NCBI RefSeq assembly: GCF_009914755.1
Contig: NC_060948.1
DNA length: 64,000 nucleotides
Source of the DNA: the human T2T-CHM13v2.0 reference genome, Homo sapiens
Strand: one strand, 5' to 3'
Positions 52,300 to 64,000 of the stretch are shown here, piece by piece (within the stretch, counting starts at the first letter, position 1; each line of letters opens with the position of its first letter). The position numbers and the translations under genes are program-made. The notes beneath the pieces are model-generated. The model did no database searches. It worked only from the letters and a program-made list of their open reading frames with translations, and was not told the origin of the DNA.

Positions 52300-54320
52300 A
52301 ATTAAGGCCGCGCGCGAAGGGAGGAAGGAGCGCTGGGGACTTGAGTACACCAGGGCCCGTCCGTGTAAGCACTGGCAACGCAAAGCACCTTACAAACGCC
52401 CGAGGTCTGAAGCCTGGGAGTGGCGGTGGAGGTGAGTCTCCCAGCCTCCTCTTCAGTTCCTACACCCCAGCTCCTGGCTTTTACGCCAGTTTGTCCCTAA
52501 GAATTTCTGGCTCTTTTTCTGGGAGGTGTTTTGCAAAGGGGGGAGCCTCTGCCTGTCCCCTTTTTCGAGATGGGAAATGACAACTGGGGTGTCTTCTAAG
52601 ACGATTTTGACGGAGATACACCCTCGGACAGGTGACGGGAGTTCCGTGGGGGCAGAGGGCGGCTTCCTTTTTCGGTTGGGGGAAGGCAACAGTCTAGCAG
52701 TGGCCCAGGTTCCCCTCGCCCACCCTCGGCATAGGGGAGGGGCCGGTTCGCAGTTCCCCACCCTCCTTAGGGGAAGGGCTGGTTCCGGATCTAAACCACT
52801 GGGGCGCTGGAGCTGGGGCTGGTGGGAGGCGGGTTTCCCTCAGCTGGCTGTTGGGGAGGGGCGGGCCGCGGCGAGTGGGTGCCCTCTCGCTCTCAGTCCT
52901 CCCGGTCCGCGTTTGCATGCTAGCGGCCGCTCCCAGTGGTGGTCACCGCCAGTGCCAATCCCTTGCGCCGCCGTGCAGTCCCGCCCTCTGTCGCTGCAGC
53001 CGCCGCGCCCGCTCCAGTGCCCCCAATTCGCGCTCGGGAGTGAGGAGCCGCCAACACCCCAGCTCCGCTGCTGCCGCCACCGCAGTGCTCTCTAGTCGCC
53101 ATTGGTTACCTAAACTTTCCAGTACCCGCGACCTTTCCGGGACTCCGCGGCGGCGGGGCAGAGGCGGCCCAGGGGCGGCACGCGGCTGCTCCGGTGCGCC
53201 GGGCTCTTTTCGGCCGCCGCACGGCCGGGCCTCACAGGCTGCCCTCCTGAGAGAGGCTCAGAACACGGCCAGGTACGCGCCGCCGCCACAGTTGCGCTGC
53301 TAGCGACGAGGTGAGTGCTAGGTGTTTGGTGGGCCGGGCGCGGGGTCCGCAAACTTTTGCGTACGGCGCTGACTCCCTGCGGTCCTGCCGGCGGCTCCGG
53401 CCGTCCAGACGCTCCGCTCGCCACGAACTCCTGGAGACGCAGGGCCCCAGCTGTTACCGCAGCACTTGGACTAGGGTGCGGAGCGCTCCCTGGACTCAAC
53501 AATACCGGGAGGTTTCCGCTCCCCCAAAGTGCGTGCGCGCCGTGTGGGGAGTGTACGGAGGTTGGCGGGAGACGCTCCTTTGGGGAAGGGGGAGGCGGCT
53601 GCTAAGTTTAGGAAAGTACTCGGTTTCTTCCTGGTGCCCCTTTGTTTGCCGCTCTTGGGATCTGCTGGGCCCAGCGCCACTGCTGGTGGGCGGAAGGGGC
53701 AGGTGGCGGGATTTTTCACGCCCCGGTGGAGGGGAGTCCCTTTCATCCACGGGACTCGGGCCGGCCTGCCCCGACCTGGGTGGAAGCGCAGTCGCGCAGA
53801 GCGGGGCGACCGGCTGGCTAGGCGGCTCGGGCCCGCGGCGTCTGCTCAGTTTCTGAGTCGCAAAACCGTCAAGGAATTCGGAAGCTCCCCTCCCCCGCCC
53901 ATCTCTCTGGCCCCAGCGCGCAGTCAAGTCTGGGGGCAACCCCCCCCGCGCCCCCGGTCTGTTTGGGGTCTGCAGAGCGGCGCCAGGGTAAAGCGCAGAC
54001 CTGTTGATCCTAGGTTCTGGCGGGTCGGGGTCTGGCAGATCCTGGGTCCGGCCTTGCTTCCCAGTGGTACCTTCTCTCACGGAGGGGGCGGGGCCGTCCG
54101 CTTTCGGGAGTCAGTGATCGCCGGATATGTGACAACTGTGGGTCGTTGGAGTCCCGCCGGCGCTGGGCTAGGGCCTGGACTTCACGTACATCGACTGTGC
54201 GTGGTCATGCCGGAGGCAGGGGCTCACTCATTGCACCGACCTCATGTTGCTGTAGCAAGCTAAGTGCGTCGAAAATTCCACAAAGTTAGGGACCGATGTG
54301 ATTATTTTCGAATCGGTGGT
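52300..54320. promoter_or_regulatory. TBL1Y: CpG island / TBL1Y promoter
   Basis: Abrupt GC- and CpG-rich, repeat-free region with GC boxes (GGGGCGGG at 52858-52865). Gene identity rests on the known AMELY-TBL1Y order on Yp. Confidence 0.85.
53014..53310 (+). other. TBL1Y: Probable TBL1Y exon 1 (5'UTR)
   Basis: Strong donor GACGAG|gtgagt at 53310/53311 inside the island; a weaker alternative donor CCAG|gtacgc at 53272/53273. The start is approximate. Confidence 0.68.
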
Positions 54321-54415
54321 GTTCTGGAGCAAAACCTAGTAAGAAACAAAATCCCACCCTCTGTTTTATTTGCAACTGTTTTGCATGGTCATGAGTGGCT
54401 TGACCTGCCTTCTAG

Positions 54416-54500
54416 GTGTTTTCCTCTGCTGGCACGCCAGAATCCCTGGTTCAGCCTGGAAGGCGAGGGGCAGGACTCCCCAGACAGTGGCCTCAGTGTG
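54416..54500 (+). other. TBL1Y: Probable TBL1Y exon 2 (85 nt, 5'UTR)
   Basis: Branch point and acceptor cttgacctgccttctag|GTG, consensus donor GTG|gtaagt. No ATG in the exon. Confidence 0.68.
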
Positions 54501-54876
54501 GTAAGTGGCTCTTGACAATTTTATGAAAAATTTAGAAGTCCTTCCTAGAAAAGGTGCAATTAGGAAAAATAAAATACAGGAAAATGTTGAGTATGATGCA
54601 TTTATTTTAAAGAGTAATCATGTCTCACATATGCTACAGATTTTTGTGGAAAGCCGCCGAGCTGGGTAACTGACACAACAAAAGTTGTTCATCACTGGAT
54701 CCATTTATTAAAAGGGGACCTTAAGGCGATTGCAGGCCTAGTAGAACACACACCTGTAGGGCAAAAATGGAAATTTATGGTGTAGTTCTGCCACCCTGGC
54801 TCCCTCACTCCCAGGCATTTGGCCCCTTTACTGGGCTCCGAGGAGTCCTCTGCTAGCAGTTTTAAAGAGGAAACTG

Positions 54877-59060
<4,184 letters not shown>

Positions 59061-59169
59061 AACAAATGAATAAGTAAATAAATGAAGAAGAAGAAAGGAA
59101 TGAAGGTAGACAATATGCTTGCTTATTGGAACGATGTTTTCAACACTGAGTTCTGGAATGTTGCAGCCA

Positions 59170-59745
59170 ACCAGTGGCTCTTATTTGGGACACTTTTTTC
59201 CGTCACTTTTGAAGGGGGCATTTGCTAATGTCTAGAGACATTTTTGGGCTCCCACAGCTGGAAAAGGTAGAGGGAGCTCCTGGCATCTGGTGGGTGGAGC
59301 CCTGGGATGCTGCCCAGTGCCCTGTGTGCACAGGATGGCTCCACCACAGAGAATGGTTTGGCCTCAAGTGCCACCAGTGCCAAGGAGAACCTCAATTGTA
59401 TAGTCAGCTATACCAAGAGTCCCCAGCCTTGGGCCTCAGGCCGGAACAGGTCTGTTGTCCTGTTAGGAACCTCCAGGAGGTGAACAGCAGGCTAGTGAGC
59501 ATTGCCATTTGAGTTCTACCTCCTGTCAGATCAACAGTGGCATTACATTCTGATAGGAGTGAGAACCATGTTGTGAACTGCACATGCAAGGGATTTAGGT
59601 TTTGTGCTTCTTATGAGAGCCTAACTAATTCCTGATGATCTGAGGTGGAACAGTTTCATCCTGAAACCATTCTCCACCCCACCCCATGGAAAAGTGTATT
59701 CCATGAAAGTGTTCCTTCATGCTAAAAAGATTGGGGACCACTGAA
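59170..59745. mobile_element. MER20-like (~59170-59395) and MER1B-like (~59415-59745) DNA transposon relics
   Basis: GGGGGCATTTGCTAATGTCTAGAGACATTTTTG is MER20-type. CAGATCAACAGTGGCATTACATTCTGATAGGAG...GATTGGGGACCACTG is MER1-type. Confidence 0.7.
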
Positions 59746-60729
59746 CTGTTCAGTCCCGTTTTGGTCAAGGCCTGTGGGGGAGATGGGGAGGTGGATGCCA
59801 AGGAAAAATAAACATCAATTTCTGTAGTTGTCAAGACACACAAGTTTTAGGGTGACGTATTAGTAAATAAATCACCACAGCTGCTGATCAATACAGTAAG
59901 AGTTTCAGATGCTCACAGGAGAAAGCGAAGGAGGAGGTAGGAAGTGGATTTTGCAGAATGATCACAAATGAGGTCAGCGGGTGTCACAGTGGACAATGGG
60001 GAGGCAGTGGAGCGGGGGCATTGCTAGCTGTCCGAGCTCTGCTTCAGCACAGGTCTCCTAGAGCCCTACATGTAAGTACCCCCTTAGTGCATGTTTCTCA
60101 GCCCCTTCCTTTTGGCTTTATTAATATCATCACAGAGGTACTAGGTCTTACTTACAAGGAGGGTCAGCTCCTTGATACTTTGGAGTTGCTTATGAACAAG
60201 TTGCACAAGGTTTCTCTCTGTGCTCAGTGAATTGTGAGTGGTGTAGGGTCACTAAGAAATCTCAGAAGGGAGTTAGTGTGCCACCTTCATCTCATTCTCT
60301 TCTTACAGCTATTGAAATGAGACAGGGTGGGGCAGCTGGATACGGACCTGTATTATACTTAGTGGAGGCCCTCTTTGAAGTGTCTTTAGGAAAAAGGCTT
60401 CTAAAGTGAGGTCCTGCTGTGTGGCATGTTTCATCCTGAGCCAGCCTCTGGTCCCCATGTCCAAGTGAGCCCCAGAGCTGCCCCGAGTCATGCCTGTTTT
60501 CAGGGACTCTGTGTTTCGGCTGGACATGGGGGCCGGGTACAGCTATGAGGGAAACCTCATTTGTAGCCACTGTGCCATGCACTGTGTGCATCTTTGAGCA
60601 CATCGGAGAGTTTCTGTAGCATTAGTATTCTCATTGAGACAGAAGGTGGGTGGGGTGGGGGGTGTGGGGAGAAAGATTTCCCAGGCTTGTTATATTAAAT
60701 GAGCTAGAATTATATTTTCATGTATTTTG

Positions 60730-61509
<780 letters not shown>

Positions 61510-61773
61510 TTTCCCTCTTAAATTTTAGGACTATAACTGTATACTTTTATTTTTTAAATTACCATATAGTAAAATTGGCTCTTTGGTTGTGTAGCTTTAT
61601 GTGTTTTGATGTGTGTATAGATGGATGTCATAATCAGGAGAGAGAACATTCCCCTAAGCCCAGAGATGTCCATGGTGCTATCCTCCACAGCATGTTTCTC
61701 GGCAGTCACTCTGCCCCCAGCCCCAAACATGGGGCACCTGCCTGTAGGTGCCACAGAAGGCAACATCATGGCC

Positions 61774-62272
61774 TGTTAAATACAGTAAGACATTCTTCTT
61801 CAAAGGGTTAACTTGTTGAACTTTCCTTGTCCTTTGTTCCCTGCTTTCAAGGCCAGACTCCCTTACTCTCTGTGTTCCTTTGCCCTGGGAAACAACCTTC
61901 CTCTTGGTCTTTATCTATAGAGTCCACATTCCACATCTGCTCCTCACTCTGTAAATCATCCCTCCGGTCGAAACACTCTCTGTCTCCACTAAAACTGTTT
62001 TCTCACTATTGTAACCACATCCCTGCACTTCTCAAATTAGCCAATTGGGTTCAGCTTAGATTGTGCAGTCCAACTCTAGCCAACAGATACTGGACATGGC
62101 AGTAGGAGCCCAATGAATTAAAGATAAAGTGACTGCTTTCCTTTGTTCAGAGTGCTTTCATGGTGACCAAACTAATGAGCAGCACCCTTCTGCAGAGGTA
62201 AACTTTGCCTTGCTGAGAAACCAATTGTTGGCGTGTTTATTTCATTTATGACTTTGAGCTTTATTTCTAACA
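61774..62272 (+). mobile_element. Solo LTR10-family (HERV-I) LTR in the TBL1Y intron
   Basis: TGTTA...TAACA termini; 5-bp TSD TGGCC (61769-61773 / 62273-62277); AGCCAATTGGGTTCAGCTTAGATTGTG and CACCCTTCTGCAGAGGTAAACTTTGCCTTGCTGAGAAA motifs. Confidence 0.78.
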
Positions 62273-63353
62273 TGGCCCAAAGTAATCCTCTTTTCTTGAA
62301 CACATGGTAGAATGCCCTAGGTGAATCCCTCCAGTCTTCCAGTACCATCCTTGACTCCTCTCTCTGATGACACATGAACTTTATGCTTTTGCACACTTCA
62401 GGCAACACCAAAAGAAAGGAAAAGAACAGCTTAGCTTCTTAATGTGTGTAAGAAACCACAGTGAAAAAAAATCAGGTGTGTTGTTGAGGCTGCTAAAAGC
62501 TTTCCTTTTTTTTCTGTGCCAGTTCTCGCTGCCTCATTGGTTGAGATGGGATGTCTTTTTTGATGTCCTCTTTAGAGAGTGTTATCCTCACCTTTTTGCA
62601 TAGTCCTACCAAAAGACACCTCACATGCAAAGTGTAACAGAAAATTACAGTCATGACTTTAGTTTTAAAAACAGGACGTATATTCATGAAGAATGTTTGC
62701 TGTTTTCCCAGTGGGTTAATCATATGAATATAAAACAGACTAAAAATATCAAGTTGTTTTTGCATTTATTTATTGTAGAAATAAAATGGATTGCTACCTC
62801 TGAGCTTCTGAGAAGCTGTTAACCTGTGTTTTACTTTGGGTCATAATGTCGCTTTCTGTGATCTCATATGAAGTGACGTTTTCTAGAATAATCCTTATTC
62901 TGGTATTTCGGGGTCTTTTATTCTGCCTGAAGTGGTTGTGTGAAGTCACAGAATATGTGCATGTCCTCCTATGTAGAGTTAAAGGGCTGAAAGAGTGGCC
63001 TCAAGCCTTCCCCTCCCTCCCAGGTGTGAAAATTTGGATTTCAAGGTCTGGGAGGCCATGTTTTTTTCAGACCGGTTAAGGATGATCATTTTATGTTAAA
63101 TAAACATTGGGATAAACTTACAGTTGTTTATGTCCTGTGCCTAGATGAGCAGTTTTCCCATGATTAAAATAAGCAGTATTTTGGTAAACATTGGTAAGTT
63201 ACACATTTTAGTTTAGGAAGCCACAGCAAGTCAGAAGGCTCTTTGTGCCGCTGGGTGCCACTGAGTGATTCCTGGCAGTGCGGCAGTTCTCCAGCCCCAG
63301 GAGACCCTGTGAAAGCAGCACAAACAATGCTTATGGCAAAACTCACAGTGCTG

Positions 63354-63767
63354 TGCTGTGGACCTTGCTGGACCATAACAAAGGGGGACGTGGGAATAAA
63401 GACAAAAAAGAGTATATTTGGAAGAAGGGGTCAGGGGCTCCTTGCTTCTACTGAACTTCCTAGAGCCCTTCATATTTATTGAGTAAAGGAGATAGGGAGA
63501 AGGGGGTGGTTGTGGTCAGCTGCTTGACTGTGGTCATGCAGGTGTGCATGACTGCATTCTCTGAACAGTAGTCTCCAGATGTTCAAGTAGATAACTTCAA
63601 TGAGCCTGCTACCAGGGAGTGACTGCCCTCAGCAAACCTTCTGGCAGCAGGTGCAGATGTGAGTTTGCACACATCCTGCATTCATGATAAACAGTTTGCT
63701 GTTTGATCATATAGCCTCCACTGGAATGCTGAGTTCGTCACAATCCTCAGGCTTTTAGCTCCCAACA
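63354..63767 (-). mobile_element. Solo class II ERV LTR (LTR3/HML-6-like)
   Basis: Minus strand starts TGTTGGGAGC...CTCAGCATTCCAGTGGAGGCTATATGATCAAACAGCAAACTG. The left boundary is approximate. Confidence 0.68.
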
Positions 63768-64000
63768 GTGTTTATTCTTGACCTGGGTGTCTACCCTAAA
63801 TTCATGTCATTTTTCCTATCTTGGTGGATGTAACTGGAATGCTTTAAAGAAAATATGAGAGTTTTGTCTGCATGTTTCCCTTGAGCCTGGAACTGAGATT
63901 ATGACCCCAGACAGCCTGCACAGGGCTCTTTCCTTTCAGGAACACCTGCTTAGGCTAGAATACCAGAGGAGGGAGAAGGTTAGGCTCTCCCTGTCTTGGT

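Noticed and set aside
52281-54263. Many 100-244 aa ORFs in the CpG island
   Set aside because: High GC depletes stop codons, and there is no LisH/WD40 or other recognisable motif. The TBL1Y CDS lies outside the window.

Overview
This is human-like, repeat-rich Y-chromosome DNA (Yp11.2 gene order AMELY-TBL1Y). The complete amelogenin-Y gene lies on the minus strand: 7 exons at about 8242-16353, encoding a 206-aa protein with the Y-type SMIRPPY peptide, and the forensic amplicon has the 112-bp Y length. A CpG island at about 52.3-54.3 kb carries what appear to be the non-coding first exons of TBL1Y on the plus strand, head-to-head with AMELY. Between and around them are nested L1s, Alus, solo LTRs (LTR7, LTR2-type, LTR22-type, LTR10-type, LTR3-type), a deleted HERV-T/S71 provirus, a HERV-L remnant and a processed ATP5PF (ATP5J) pseudogene. 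I see no new gene system. The most notable signals are: (1) APOBEC3G-type GG>AG hypermutation of the HERV-T provirus; (2) loss of the LRAP (exon 6d) splice acceptor in AMELY; (3) a TSD-bounded, 5'-inverted L1 with an apparent 3' transduction; (4) repeated insertions at the ATP5PF pseudogene start codon; (5) a perfect 65-bp duplication upstream of TBL1Y. Repeat subfamily names and comparisons with AMELX and HERV-T come from remembered consensus sequences and need RepeatMasker/BLAST confirmation.
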